Assembly: GCA_945882915.1 (NCBI GenBank) | Contig: CAMCWV010000009.1 | Location: 4,735 to 68,734, forward strand | DNA from: Waddlia chondrophila WSU 86-1044 | GTDB lineage: Bacteria > Chlamydiota > Chlamydiia > Chlamydiales > CAMCWV01 | Reading direction: 5' to 3' | Length of the DNA stretch: 64,000 nt | Part shown: piece by piece, positions 40,095-50,333 of the stretch | How the letters are laid out: each line of letters starts with the position of its first letter | Position numbering within the stretch: the first letter of the stretch is position 1 | Translations under genes and position numbers: made by a program | The notes under the pieces: generated by a model | Told to the model about the DNA's origin: nothing | Databases searched by the model: none | What the model saw: the letters and a program-made list of their open reading frames with translations, nothing else

Positions 40095-42677
40095 ATGAAA
40101 TTACGTACGCAGTTGTTTCTCTACATCGGGGCTGTCTTCTTGCTGGTGTCCGTTGTCTCCTTTATCATTCCAAACTACTTTGTGGCGCGCGATCTCGAGA
40201 TTGCAGGGCAAGCAATGCGCAAAAGTATTCTTTATGACGAGGAAGAGCAGCAGGAAAATATTGCTCAGGCGATAAAAGAGGAGGTGGCAAGTAAAGAGTC
40301 CTCTCTTGATACAGCGCTCTATAAAATCGATACGGTTCTTAATCAGTTTTATAACTTGGTTCCTAAAAAGCCTCTGAGAGGGATCTGGCATACGGCTTCA
40401 AAAATCCTATTAAACAGTTCAGATATTGATTGCATCCAGGCAACTTATGGAGGAGATCTTGCCGCCCTCATCGTTGTAAGCAAGGCTGTGCTTTATCCGG
40501 TAGTGGTAGAGCCGCTTGTTGGAGATATCAGTTTAGTTGTCCTGAAGGCTCCTCCTGGGGTTTCTGCATCAGGCGCTCTGCAGACCTATATGGGAGTCCG
40601 CTCGATAGCAGGGGCTGAAAGGGCGGTAGAGTCTTCAGGCGCTTCCGCGCCAAGTGCTTTGATAGATCCTGTCGAAGCGTTATCTCCTCCGATCTATTTA
40701 TTTTCTTGGGACAAGGCATTACAGCTTCCTTCAGAGTATGAGCAGCTCCTTCAAGGGGCTAAAGGAGGTTCTCTTTCTCCTGATGAGCGCGCGTTAATTA
40801 AAGAGGTTGCCGCTGCTAAAGAGAAGTTGAAGGAGCTTGTTGGCTTTGTAACTGGAGGAGACACTTCCCAGGTCAAGCAGTATTTAGCTGACATCATCCA
40901 GCATGATACAACGGTCTTTAAAGACCCGGTTATTCTTGCTAGACTTAACTCTCTTACAGGAGCCGGTGAAGGGGCCTCTCCCTACAGGCAGTTTTTTCAG
41001 CCTCTTGGAAGTTCTGTCAATGGGAGTGATGGGGGGCTTTCTTCTAGCGAGCTTCAGGGCGGAACTCAGAAAGACTTTGCCGTTCAATTTTTGGAAAGCT
41101 CTCAAAGAGTCAACGTTGTTAATCTTGTTCACGAGCTGACGCGAGTGGCGAATTCTGACCTCCCTGAATTTGAACCTTTTGGAGAGCTCGCTCCTGTTGG
41201 CGTTGCAAGAGTAGTGACAGATAGGTTTTCTGGAATTGCAATCCTTGCTAAGGATGTGTTTTATCCTCATGCATTTATGAATTTTAATGATGCCAGTTAC
41301 TATCAGCAGCATCCTCCAATTAATCCCGTCCTCCCCATCGCCTCATCACTTGCTGTTATTTCTTCTCCACAGACCGAGCAGGTGTTTCTTGCAAACACAA
41401 TGCAGGTTAGCTCTAGGGTCTCCTCAAAAGATGGAGAGGGCGAAACGGTAGGTTATATTACCGTCGGAGATCTGATGAATAGCTTTTTAAAGCGGCTTGC
41501 AATGCAGTCTAACAGGACAGTTTTATTTGTTTCAGGAAGTGAGATTAAGTCTGCGTGTAACGAAAAAGGGGAGTTTTTGCCTTCGGAGATGTTTCAGGGA
41601 TCGATTGAGGAGATGGTTAAATTAGGTGGTGGATCTGTTTTAATTGGGGCTGAAGGGAGTAAAGAGAACTATCTTTTTTATAGAGTTCCGGTGCTTGGTA
41701 AGTCAGATGTTCATTTGTTTATTATGCAGCCAGAAACTAAGGCGTATGGCCTTCTGCAGGCACTTCAGGTAATGATGGCTGATACTACGCGTAAGATTTC
41801 TGCTCAGCTTTTAATCGTACTTGTGGGGCTGTTTTTTGTTTCTTTAGGCGCTATTGGAAAGATCTCTAAAAACATTTCAGAGCCCATTTCTTTGCTTGCA
41901 AAGGCAACAATGCTTGTCGCTGAAGGGAGTTATGACGCGATTAGGCTTCCCCCGTCTCACAAGGTGAGCGCAGATGTTTCAACTCTTATGAAGTCTTTCG
42001 ACAGCATGGTCACGGGCCTTCGTGATCGTGAAAAGGTGCGCGATGTCCTTAATAAGGTTGTCTCTAAGGATATTGCAGCAGAGATTTTGAGGGGAGATAT
42101 CCATCTTGGTGGTGAAGAGAAGATGGTGACAATGCTCTTTTCTGATATTCGCGGGTTCACTAGGTCGTCAGAAAAGCTTTCTCCCCAGGTAGTTATTACT
42201 CGCTTAAATCGTTACATGACGAGGATGACGGCAGTTATTAATAACTACAACGGAGTGATTGACAAGTATGTGGGAGATGAGATCATGGCTCTCTACGGCG
42301 CTCCGGTAGCTCTTGCTCAGGGGGGGCTCAAGGCTGTTCAGTCGGGAATTGATATGATGCGCGCTCTTAAGAAGTTGAATGAAGAGTCTCTCTCTAAAGG
42401 AGAGCCGGCTATTCACATGGGGATAGGAATTCATACAGGTGTTGTGGTTGCAGGAAGTATGGGGGCTGAAGATCGCCTTAACTACACTGTGCTAGGCGCA
42501 AACGTTAATCTGGCTGCTAGATTGTGTAATGGAGCTGCCCCTGGAGAGATTCTAATTAGCAAACACACGCTTAATGAGCCCGAAGTGCATCAAAATATTC
42601 AGATTATTAGTTCCCGGCAAATGGAGTTCAAAGGGTTCACCGATCCTATGACTGTCTACTCAGTCCGGTATGACTAA
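40095..42677 (+). CDS. Membrane-bound class III adenylate cyclase with HAMP domain
   Basis: FSDIRGFT, DKYVGDEIMA, GIGIHTG and YTVLGANVNLAARL motifs; two TM segments flank a large sensor region. Confidence 0.9.
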   Translation: MKLRTQLFLYIGAVFLLVSVVSFIIPNYFVARDLEIAGQAMRKSILYDEEEQQENIAQAIKEEVASKESSLDTALYKIDTVLNQFYNLVPKKPLRGIWHTASKILLNSSDIDCIQATYGGDLAALIVVSKAVLYPVVVEPLVGDISLVVLKAPPGVSASGALQTYMGVRSIAGAERAVESSGASAPSALIDPVEALSPPIYLFSWDKALQLPSEYEQLLQGAKGGSLSPDERALIKEVAAAKEKLKELVGFVTGGDTSQVKQYLADIIQHDTTVFKDPVILARLNSLTGAGEGASPYRQFFQPLGSSVNGSDGGLSSSELQGGTQKDFAVQFLESSQRVNVVNLVHELTRVANSDLPEFEPFGELAPVGVARVVTDRFSGIAILAKDVFYPHAFMNFNDASYYQQHPPINPVLPIASSLAVISSPQTEQVFLANTMQVSSRVSSKDGEGETVGYITVGDLMNSFLKRLAMQSNRTVLFVSGSEIKSACNEKGEFLPSEMFQGSIEEMVKLGGGSVLIGAEGSKENYLFYRVPVLGKSDVHLFIMQPETKAYGLLQALQVMMADTTRKISAQLLIVLVGLFFVSLGAIGKISKNISEPISLLAKATMLVAEGSYDAIRLPPSHKVSADVSTLMKSFDSMVTGLRDREKVRDVLNKVVSKDIAAEILRGDIHLGGEEKMVTMLFSDIRGFTRSSEKLSPQVVITRLNRYMTRMTAVINNYNGVIDKYVGDEIMALYGAPVALAQGGLKAVQSGIDMMRALKKLNEESLSKGEPAIHMGIGIHTGVVVAGSMGAEDRLNYTVLGANVNLAARLCNGAAPGEILISKHTLNEPEVHQNIQIISSRQMEFKGFTDPMTVYSVRYD

Positions 42678-42690
42678 ACAACCGCGCAAA

Positions 42691-42730
42691 GGTAATGTGA
42701 AGGTCACGGGTTCGATTCTTGCTTTAGGCA
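42691..42730 (+). pseudogene. Degenerate 3' half of a tRNA (Thr-GGT-like), possible att remnant
   Basis: GGTAA-TGTGA-AGGTC-ACGGG-TTCGATT-CTTGC-TTTAGGC-A has tRNA 3'-half spacing; no 5' half. Confidence 0.55.
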
Positions 42731-42824
42731 ACGCTTTCTCCTCGTAAATCACCCTAAAACGCCACTTTCAGCTTTCGCCATTTATCGTCATTTTCTGTGA
42801 ACTTTTGTGTTGGCCCATTCAACA

Positions 42825-43040
42825 ATGAAGTGCGACAAAGGTTATGAAGCTGCTTGGGAAGAGGAAGAGGCTCCGTCTAAATGGGCTAGCAAGAAAGAGA
42901 AGGAAGGCTATGCGCAGGGCGCAGATGATGCTTGGATGTATGATGAGGGATATTGCGATGGCGTGAACAAGAAAAGGCCAAAATACTCTCAAGACCCCTT
43001 TTACATGGACGGGTTCAAAGACGGAAAGGGCGATAGGTAG
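42825..43040 (+). CDS. Small acidic hypothetical protein with repeated GYxxG motifs
   Basis: EGYAQG, EGYCDG and DGFKDG; possibly N-terminally truncated. Confidence 0.5.
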   Translation: MKCDKGYEAAWEEEEAPSKWASKKEKEGYAQGADDAWMYDEGYCDGVNKKRPKYSQDPFYMDGFKDGKGDR

Positions 43041-43072
43041 GCTCCTAGGAGGGGTAGCCTGGACCTGCCTGA

Positions 43073-43924
43073 TTATTCCTCATCAGAGGGGTGCTCTATT
43101 TTTTTTTGCTTCGTGGGCTGCAAGTAGTTTTCAGCAGAGACTACTTTTTTATGTGTTTTGTTCTCTAGTTCCAGGCGCGCTCTTTTTGCAATGCCCCCGC
43201 CCGTTTTCGCAGCAATTGTATTTTCGGGCATGCCGGTAGCATCGGTGCTTTCAGCTATTTGTCGGGTGGACAGTTCGGCCAAGGCGGTAAAAATCAACTC
43301 AGCTTCGCTCATATGGTCGCGTAAATTTTGAGTCTTTAGGCCCTTGATGTCTTTGTGTGCTTTTACTGATAGGCCTGTCCATTCCTGATGAATAATGTTA
43401 GTGAGAGTGGCGAACTTTTGGCCTTCTTTGATGTCGTGGTCTTTCCAGAAATCAGTGAGTTTATTACGGGTTTCTTGTCCCATCATGCGCTGTTGAATCC
43501 ACTTGTCGCTGCGGCCATGCTTCTGCCAGGTTTCGCGCGCGCGGTCCAATGACCTTTCAGGGTCGGTCATTTCTTGTAGTCGTTCATGCCCCACTTTCGC
43601 AAGCCAGAGTTTTATAGGCTCGGCTTTAGGGCTTGGTACAGACTGAATCAGTCGTAAGATTGTCTCAACATCAGCAGCGTCTGTTAAGTATTTTTTCCCA
43701 TCAGCAGCTTCTAATTTCAGTCGGTGACAATTTGTCACCGACTGACTACCTTCTTTTTTCAGTCGTTCTTTGAGCTTGTTCCAATACTTCCTAGCTGATT
43801 GAAAATCAGCCTGTTGGGTCAGAACTTGGATAATGTCCACCACAGAAAAATACCAAGTCTCTGTTGTCTCGTCATATATGCGACGTATTTTGTGGTCTTC
43901 AAAAGGGACTAGGTCGGTCTTCAT
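43073..43924 (-). CDS. BRO-N domain protein (phage antirepressor-like)
   Basis: WYFSVVDII, LRLIQSVPSPKAEPIKLWLA and NLRDHMS motifs; ATG 43924 follows an AGGA RBS. Confidence 0.85.
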   Translation of the reverse strand: MKTDLVPFEDHKIRRIYDETTETWYFSVVDIIQVLTQQADFQSARKYWNKLKERLKKEGSQSVTNCHRLKLEAADGKKYLTDAADVETILRLIQSVPSPKAEPIKLWLAKVGHERLQEMTDPERSLDRARETWQKHGRSDKWIQQRMMGQETRNKLTDFWKDHDIKEGQKFATLTNIIHQEWTGLSVKAHKDIKGLKTQNLRDHMSEAELIFTALAELSTRQIAESTDATGMPENTIAAKTGGGIAKRARLELENKTHKKVVSAENYLQPTKQKKIEHPSDEE

Positions 43925-44012
43925 AGCGAACTTCCTATAGCAGAGCTGATGGAACGATGCATGCAAAGCCCACCAACAGGGCAATCGATGCATACACAAT
44001 TCATGGCGAGAT

Positions 44013-44076
44013 AAAAAAAGAACCACGAGCGGGAGCCCGTGGCTTTCGCATGGCTAGGCCATGCGGGATGATGACG
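44013..44076 (-). terminator. Double hairpin plus U-tract upstream of the BRO gene
   Basis: Minus strand CGCATGGC-CTA-GCCATGCG, then CCACGGGC-TCCC-GCTCGTGG-TTCTTTTTTT. Confidence 0.65.
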
Positions 44077-44226
44077 TTCACTGTAGCAGTTTTATGGTTT
44101 TTCCATCAAAGCGAGTTGTTGTGAGCTGTTGTCTATCTTCGTTGATTGTGTGTAAAGGCGTTGCATGTGATATCGCTAGCTAATCTGCATGCTATTGCAT
44201 GGCATTCGTAAGTCCTCGCCTTTTCA

Positions 44227-44456
44227 ACTTCGAACCCAGATTGAGCAATTCGCGTTGAGACTATGCTGTCAACAGGCTGGAGCAGGTTCAAGATCTAAGC
44301 GATAGATTTTTTTCACAGCAGCAATGGCGCTTAAATGGTCTAACCACTCTACTTGTGCATGCATACCCATTCTGACTCTCCCTATTGCAGAATTCATGGA
44401 GGGTCACTGTAAATCAGAATTTTATTTCTGCAAACTGCTCAATCTGGGTTCGAAGT
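44227..44456. mobile_element. Family G MITE-like element with perfect 21-bp TIRs
   Basis: ACTTCGAACCCAGATTGAGCA at 44227 and its reverse complement at 44436. Confidence 0.8.
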
Positions 44457-44470
44457 GCGACAAAAGAGGC

Positions 44471-44640
44471 TTTTATTACCTGCATTTTTAGGCTTTTTTC
44501 TTTCTCTCACGTTCTCTCACACCTCTGTGTTTCAAAAATCTTAATGCCAGTTTTTTGAAACACAGAGGCATGAGAGAAAATACAAAAAAGTTTGTAACAG
44601 GTCACATGCACCGACGAAGGAGGGGTATGTGACCTGTTAC
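44471..44640 (-). repeat. Family F element, inverted; abuts a family A end remnant (44641-44659)
   Basis: Reverse-complement match to 27513-27685. Confidence 0.88.
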
Positions 44641-44699
44641 GTTTTCAGCTAAGAGGAGTCTATCATCAAGGCGGGAATAAGGCTCTTCTGCTAGGCCCA

Positions 44700-45626
44700 C
44701 TAGAAGGAGACGACGATACTGCCTTCGATGACGAGAATTTCGTCCTCAGAGGAGGATCTGTCGCGGATGAAGGTGTTTCCTTTTAAGAAATACCCTGAGG
44801 TGAGGAGCATATTAACGCCCGGACTATGTTGATAGGCGAGTTTGATATCAACTTCTTGGCCATAGCCGCGTGTTTTAATAGCCGTATAGTTTTGAGTGCA
44901 GTGGTACCGGTTAGACGCGTACTCCCCTTCTTTCTTTTTGAGGTATCTATAAGAAAGGGTCAAAGAGAGGTCGTCTCTGGGCTGAAATTCGCAGCGCGTT
45001 CCAAGTACCTCAACGTTGGAAGAGGGGGTGTGAAATAGCATGCTGCGGTATTCCATCCCCTGGTTAAGAGGGTGGAGCCCGCCTACTTCTTCTGGGCGGT
45101 AAGGGAATTGTGCTGGATTTTCGCTGGCCTGTGAGCGCAGATAAGAGAGTGTTAAAACAGGTTCCCAGGTGCCGTAGCTCATTTTTTTAACGGTTTCTAC
45201 GCAAAGAAGCCCTTGGCTTTCCTTGATAGAGTTTAGAGCTGCTCCGTGTGGGGTCTCTCGCCCAATGCCTGTTGATATATAAACGTTTCCAATGCGGCGG
45301 AGGACATCAAAAACAAGCCCTTCAGGAGTGTTGGCTAGGGAGCCTCTTTGGTAGGTATGGTGCTGTAGATTCTTTTTGTCGCTAGCTGCAGAGGTAAGGG
45401 TTGTATTCTTGGTTTTTGTTGCTGCGTACCAGTCGGTAAGAGAGTGTGCCTTATTGACATAGGCCAAAGCGTACTTTGTTTTAAGAACAGGGGTTTTGAA
45501 AGTAGTTGACTGAGAAGAGTTAAAGGAATTCTGGCTGTTTTCAGCGGCAAGCAAACTTCCACTTGCTCCAAATAGAAAAGTGAGCACTATTAAACACGTC
45601 GACTTTAGCCTATTCGCGTATGACAT
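44700..45626 (-). CDS. Hypothetical exported protein, possible beta-barrel
   Basis: Signal peptide; GYGQEVD and amphipathic strands; C-terminal Phe. Confidence 0.6.
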   Translation of the reverse strand: MSYANRLKSTCLIVLTFLFGASGSLLAAENSQNSFNSSQSTTFKTPVLKTKYALAYVNKAHSLTDWYAATKTKNTTLTSAASDKKNLQHHTYQRGSLANTPEGLVFDVLRRIGNVYISTGIGRETPHGAALNSIKESQGLLCVETVKKMSYGTWEPVLTLSYLRSQASENPAQFPYRPEEVGGLHPLNQGMEYRSMLFHTPSSNVEVLGTRCEFQPRDDLSLTLSYRYLKKKEGEYASNRYHCTQNYTAIKTRGYGQEVDIKLAYQHSPGVNMLLTSGYFLKGNTFIRDRSSSEDEILVIEGSIVVSF

Positions 45627-45762
45627 TAAGGGGTCCTTTTACTAGCCCTCTTCCAAAATCCCGTTAGAATTCGATGGTAAATTTTGAAAAAGCTCTATTA
45701 TTAATCTTAATTATTATGTGTATCAAGTTTGAGAAAATTAGTACAAACTTTTTTGCTTTTAT

Positions 45763-46551
45763 TCAGCGCAGCGTTCTCTCAATGTAATTCAATAAGGTGA
45801 CGTTGCCGCTATCAAATAGCTCTGTAAGATTTGACAAATTTGCATTTCCTTGAATATAGCCTCTAAGTTCTTTCCAGGCAGCCTGCTCCTCTTCTGCAGT
45901 TCCTGCCAGCGGGGCTAGCATTGCAAGTCTCAAGAGGTTGTTGGCGTAAAGGAGCGGGCCAAAAGCTTTTTGAGCAGGCTCTGCAAAGAGTTGTTCTTGT
46001 AGGCTTGTTTTGAGTTTCAGCGCTTTTGCATTTGCTTCCGCATACTTTCCTGCGCTGATAAGAAGTGTTGTCTCTGCATAGTCAACATAGGGAGAGGCGT
46101 GTGTTTCTGATTTTGCAAAGGTCAAGGCACCGTCTGCGTATTCAGTTGCAAGCTCAGGATTTTCTTTTTCGAGGAGCGTTTGCGCGATGAGGGCGTCATA
46201 TTTAGCGCGAAGAGAGGGGTGTTTATTAAGTCCCTGCTTTAAAGAGGCCATCGCTTGCTGTAGAGATTCAGGCGTCGTGCTGTTTTTGAGTTGAATGTAT
46301 TGATTTTCGACTTCTAAGTAGCTTAAAGTGTCGGTGCTTTCGTAGCGCGTGCTAAAGAAAAAAAGAAAGAGGTAGGCGCCAAGTAGAACAGCGAGCAATC
46401 CTAAAATAAGCCATCCAAAGCGCGAGATGAAGTCAATGACAGCAAGCGGAAGCTGGGATGGGTTCTTTTTAGTAGGCTCTTGAGGAGCTAAGTGAGAGTT
46501 TTTTTCATGAGACATCTTTTCTGCTGTGTTTTTTGGTGTAAGAGTTGGCAT
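45763..46551 (-). CDS. Hypothetical membrane-anchored helical (TPR-like) protein
   Basis: One TM helix followed by a helical-repeat-like composition. Confidence 0.7.
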   Translation of the reverse strand: MPTLTPKNTAEKMSHEKNSHLAPQEPTKKNPSQLPLAVIDFISRFGWLILGLLAVLLGAYLFLFFFSTRYESTDTLSYLEVENQYIQLKNSTTPESLQQAMASLKQGLNKHPSLRAKYDALIAQTLLEKENPELATEYADGALTFAKSETHASPYVDYAETTLLISAGKYAEANAKALKLKTSLQEQLFAEPAQKAFGPLLYANNLLRLAMLAPLAGTAEEEQAAWKELRGYIQGNANLSNLTELFDSGNVTLLNYIERTLR

Positions 46552-46560
46552 AAAGAATTA

Positions 46561-46630
46561 TATACTCCTCATAGCTGAAAACGGGGCTTTGGCGTGGTCC
46601 AAGTTCCTGTTTTCAGTTACGAGGAGTATA
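46561..46630. mobile_element. Family A MITE, 70-bp form
   Basis: TATACTCCTC...GAGGAGTATA. Confidence 0.9.
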
Positions 46631-46718
46631 TAAAGATTTCCACATTTTCATTGGATAATCATAGTCTGTTTTTCTTAAATGTAAAGGCAAAAGTTGTAAC
46701 CAAAAGGGGAGCGTTGTT

Positions 46719-47525
46719 GTGGAAGAATTGTGTGAAGTAGATATTGAAAAGATTGTGGTTAACCCATTGCAGCCTCGCAGGGAGTTTGCTTTAGAAGGCC
46801 TTACCGAGCTTTCGGCATCGATTCTTGCAGTTGGATTAATCCATCCTCCGGTTGTTCGTAGAATACGGGAGTCAAATACTTTAGAGCTCGTTGCTGGGGA
46901 AAGGCGCCTGCGCGCAGTTCAGATGCTTGGATGGAAAAAGATGTCAGTTTGCATCCGAGATGGCGACCGAAAGAACTCTGGTGAACTTGCCCTTATTGAA
47001 AACGTCCAGAGAGTAGACCTTAATCCTATTGAGGTGGCTCAGGCCCTGCGCGGTTTAATCGACCAGTTTCATTACATCCAAGAAGAGCTTGCCGATAAGA
47101 TCGGAAAGAAACGCTCAACTGTTGCCAATTACCTCCGGCTACTTTCGCTTCCTCTTGCAATGCAACAAAGTGTTCTTAAGGGAAACCTTACTATGGGACA
47201 TGCCAAAGTTGTGCTCTCCCTTGAAGGTGAAGAGGCGCAGCAGCTTCTTCATGATATGATTGTAAAAGAGCAGCTCACTGTTCGGCAAGCAGAAGAGCAG
47301 GCATTAAAGCTGTCGACTAAACCAAAGAAAGCCCAATCAGCGGCACCTGCGCAGCAAGATATCCATTTAGAGAGGGTCGAGGAGCAGCTCAGAGAAAGGC
47401 TCGGAACGAAGGTTGCCATTCAGTCTCAGGGAAAGAAGGGGGGCAGGGTGAGCATCGATTACTACAGTCTCGATGATCTCCAGCGTCTTCTAGACCTCCT
47501 GGGCATATCCTGCGAGGCTGTCTAG
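46719..47525 (+). CDS. parB: Chromosome partitioning protein ParB/Spo0J
   Basis: NPLQPR, AGERRLRA, ENVQRVDLNPIE and RSTVANYLRLL motifs. Confidence 0.95.
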   Translation: MEELCEVDIEKIVVNPLQPRREFALEGLTELSASILAVGLIHPPVVRRIRESNTLELVAGERRLRAVQMLGWKKMSVCIRDGDRKNSGELALIENVQRVDLNPIEVAQALRGLIDQFHYIQEELADKIGKKRSTVANYLRLLSLPLAMQQSVLKGNLTMGHAKVVLSLEGEEAQQLLHDMIVKEQLTVRQAEEQALKLSTKPKKAQSAAPAQQDIHLERVEEQLRERLGTKVAIQSQGKKGGRVSIDYYSLDDLQRLLDLLGISCEAV

Positions 47526-47557
47526 CCGCAGTGTTTCTATAAAAATCATAAGTAGAC

Positions 47558-47613
47558 AAGCAAATTGTCTTTAGTGGGTAACCAGACCGTCCCGGTCTGG
47601 GATTGAGACTAAG
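47558..47613. repeat. Family E hairpin element
   Basis: AAGCAAATTGTCTTTAGTG followed by CCAGACCGTCCCGGTCTGG. Confidence 0.75.
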
Positions 47614-47680
47614 TCGTCAACACATGCTTGCTTCTAACAAGGGCGCTAGTCAGTCGGATTGCAACATAAGGGTTTGTTCT

Positions 47681-50086
47681 ATGGAAGAGCAGAAGGGTCT
47701 TCAGGAGATAGCTTTTCCCCTAACAGGGCTCAAGGGAGCCTGGGATGCTGCTCGTTTAGAGGTCTCGTTAGGCTCTCTTCTTGGCGTTAAAGCCCACGTT
47801 GACGTGCCAACACAGTCGGCTAAATTCATTTTTGACCCTTCCCAAACAGGCATAAAAGAAATTGTTGCTGCTTTAGAAAAGCAAGGGGTGACGGTCCCTA
47901 AGCAGCACGTGGAGCTGGCTCTTGAGGGGATGACGTGTGGCTCGTGTGTTTTAGGCATTGAAAAGGCATTGAATAAGGCTTCTGGAGTCCTTTCTGCAAC
48001 GGTTAACTTTTCATCTAGTAGAGCAAGTGTTGATTATAGCCCTGAACAGATTCAGGTCCCGCAGCTCCTTGCAGCTGTCCGCAAGATCGGTTATGACGCC
48101 GAAGAGGTTAAGGAGGGCTCTCACTTTGAAATCGAAAGAAAGCGAAAGAAAGAGCTTCACCTCATCTCTAGAGCCTCTCTTGTTTCTGCTCTTTTAGCCA
48201 TTCCTTTAGTCCTGCACATGCTTTTTGAGTGGATTGGAATCCACCTTCCAATACCTATGTGGGTGCAATTTTTGCTTGCAACGGCGTCTCAATTCTGGCC
48301 AGGTCTCCGTTTTTATAGAGGGGCTTTCCTTGCGCTGCGTTCAGGAAGAGCCGATATGGACGTTCTGATTGCTTTGGGGACCTCTGCTGGTTGGGGATAT
48401 AGTTCAGCGGTCTTTCTTTTAGGGATTCCATCTCACCTCTATTTTGAGAGTGGTTCTGTCATTATTGCTTTGGTTTTGCTTGGGCGTCTTATTGAGGCAG
48501 GGACAAAAAGAAAAGCGTCAGATGCTGTTCAAAAGCTTTTGCGTCTTCAGCCAAAAATGGCGCGCATAGAAATTCAGGGAAGGCTTTTTGATGCACCTGT
48601 AGATCAACTCACTCCTGGGGTGAGTGTCGTTGTACGTCCAGGAGAAAGCATTCCTATTGATGGGGTTGTTGTTGAGGGGGCTTCTTATGTAAATGAGGCA
48701 ATGCTTACAGGAGAAAGCGTTCCCGTTTACAAAGGAGTGGGGGTTTCTGTTTTCGCTGCGACAGTTAATCAAGGTGGCCTTTTGAAAATACGAACCACAG
48801 GTGTGGGCGAATCTACTGCCCTGGCTGCTATTGTTCGAATGGTTGAGAGGGCTCAAGGCTCAAAAGCTCCTTTACAGAAGTTAGCAGATATCGTCAGTGC
48901 TTATTTTGTGCCGGGTGTTGTGGTAGTAGCCCTTGCTACTTTTGGGATTTGGTGGGGCCTGAATGGAGATCTGGGAGCTGCGATTATCAATGCTGTAGCT
49001 GTTTTAATTATTGCGTGCCCATGCGCTTTAGGGCTTGCAATTCCAACTGTGATGATGGTTGCAAGTGGTAGAGCCGCTCAAGTGGGTGTCTTAATAAAAG
49101 ATGCCGAGGCTTTGGCGGCTGCAGGAAAAATTAAAACATTAATCATGGATAAGACAGGAACCCTTACAGAAGGAAGGCCTAGCGTTATTGAGGTGATCAC
49201 TTCAAGGGAGGTTCCTCTTGCTAAAGTCCTTTCTATTGCAATGAGCTTGGCAGAAGGTTCAACACACCCGCTGTCCGTGGCTATGGCCTCTTATTGCCGG
49301 CTACAGAATGTAAAAGTTCTTGCAGCCACTTCTGCACGCGCTCTCCCAGGAAAGGGGGTGGAGGCAAGTGTTGACGGAATCCCTTCTACAATGGGGTCAT
49401 TACGCTTTCTTAGGGAGGCTGAAGGGTTTGTAAATCTTCCCAGCAGCGATTCCCATATTGAAGGCCTTGAAGAGAGTGGACACACCGTCGTGGGGGTGTC
49501 TCAAAATGGGGTATTGCTAGCTGTTTTTGCTTTTTCTGATGAGCTTAGGTCGGGTTCTAAGTTAGCTGTAGAGCTTCTTAAGGGGATGGGAGTTGCCTCT
49601 TATATGGTTACGGGCGACCATCCTAAAACGGCAGAGGCAATTGCTAAGCTTTCTGGGATTGAGAAGTTTCAAGCAGGAGTAATGCCTCAGGGGAAAGTTG
49701 AAGAGGTGGAACGGCTGCAGAGAGGCGGAGAGAAAGTGGGGATGGTCGGAGATGGGATAAATGATGCTCCTGCACTTGCAAAAGCTGATGTTGGATTTGC
49801 CTTTGCTGCAGGGAGCGATGTGGCTATTGAATCGGCTGGGATTACTTTAATGCGCAATGATCTGCTCAGTATTGTTGATGCTGTTTCTCTGGCACGTGCG
49901 ACAAGCTTTAAGATGAAGCAGAACTTGTTTTTTGCTTTCCTATACAACGTGGTAGGGATTCCTTTGGCTGCGTGTGGATTGTTGAATCCAGTTGTAGCTG
50001 GTTCTGCAATGGCTTTAAGCTCAATTTGTGTTGTAACAAATGCACTGCTTCTTAAGCGCTGGAAAAGAAGGAAAGGCAGTTTTTAA
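47681..50086 (+). CDS. copA: Cu(I)-translocating P1B-1 ATPase
   Basis: GMTCGSC HMA, TGES, CPC, DKTGT, GDGIND, YN and MALSS motifs. Confidence 0.92.
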   Translation: MEEQKGLQEIAFPLTGLKGAWDAARLEVSLGSLLGVKAHVDVPTQSAKFIFDPSQTGIKEIVAALEKQGVTVPKQHVELALEGMTCGSCVLGIEKALNKASGVLSATVNFSSSRASVDYSPEQIQVPQLLAAVRKIGYDAEEVKEGSHFEIERKRKKELHLISRASLVSALLAIPLVLHMLFEWIGIHLPIPMWVQFLLATASQFWPGLRFYRGAFLALRSGRADMDVLIALGTSAGWGYSSAVFLLGIPSHLYFESGSVIIALVLLGRLIEAGTKRKASDAVQKLLRLQPKMARIEIQGRLFDAPVDQLTPGVSVVVRPGESIPIDGVVVEGASYVNEAMLTGESVPVYKGVGVSVFAATVNQGGLLKIRTTGVGESTALAAIVRMVERAQGSKAPLQKLADIVSAYFVPGVVVVALATFGIWWGLNGDLGAAIINAVAVLIIACPCALGLAIPTVMMVASGRAAQVGVLIKDAEALAAAGKIKTLIMDKTGTLTEGRPSVIEVITSREVPLAKVLSIAMSLAEGSTHPLSVAMASYCRLQNVKVLAATSARALPGKGVEASVDGIPSTMGSLRFLREAEGFVNLPSSDSHIEGLEESGHTVVGVSQNGVLLAVFAFSDELRSGSKLAVELLKGMGVASYMVTGDHPKTAEAIAKLSGIEKFQAGVMPQGKVEEVERLQRGGEKVGMVGDGINDAPALAKADVGFAFAAGSDVAIESAGITLMRNDLLSIVDAVSLARATSFKMKQNLFFAFLYNVVGIPLAACGLLNPVVAGSAMALSSICVVTNALLLKRWKRRKGSF

Positions 50087-50144
50087 GCAGATGGATGTGG
50101 GGCAAAAGGCTAGCCAGCCCTCATCGTGGACGTTAAATCGACTA

Positions 50145-50214
50145 TATACTCCGCTTAGCTGAAAATGAGAATTTGGACGGCGCCAAAGCCCCATTTTCAG
50201 CTAAGAAGAGTATA
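50145..50214. mobile_element. Family A MITE, 70-bp form
   Basis: TATACTCCGCTTAGCTGAAAATG...CATTTTCAGCTAAGAAGAGTATA. Confidence 0.9.
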
Positions 50215-50333
50215 GCGTCCAACGAGAGGTTAGTTACTCTTTTTTTCCTGTTGCATCTGCTTAACGACTACGGGGGAGTGGTTGAAAATGACTCTGGACT
50301 TTAACCTGGACTTTAACAAGGTGCGTTTGTTGA

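Noticed and set aside
42691-42730. Functional tRNA gene
   Set aside because: The 5' half is missing and the T-stem is mismatched; kept only as a fragment.
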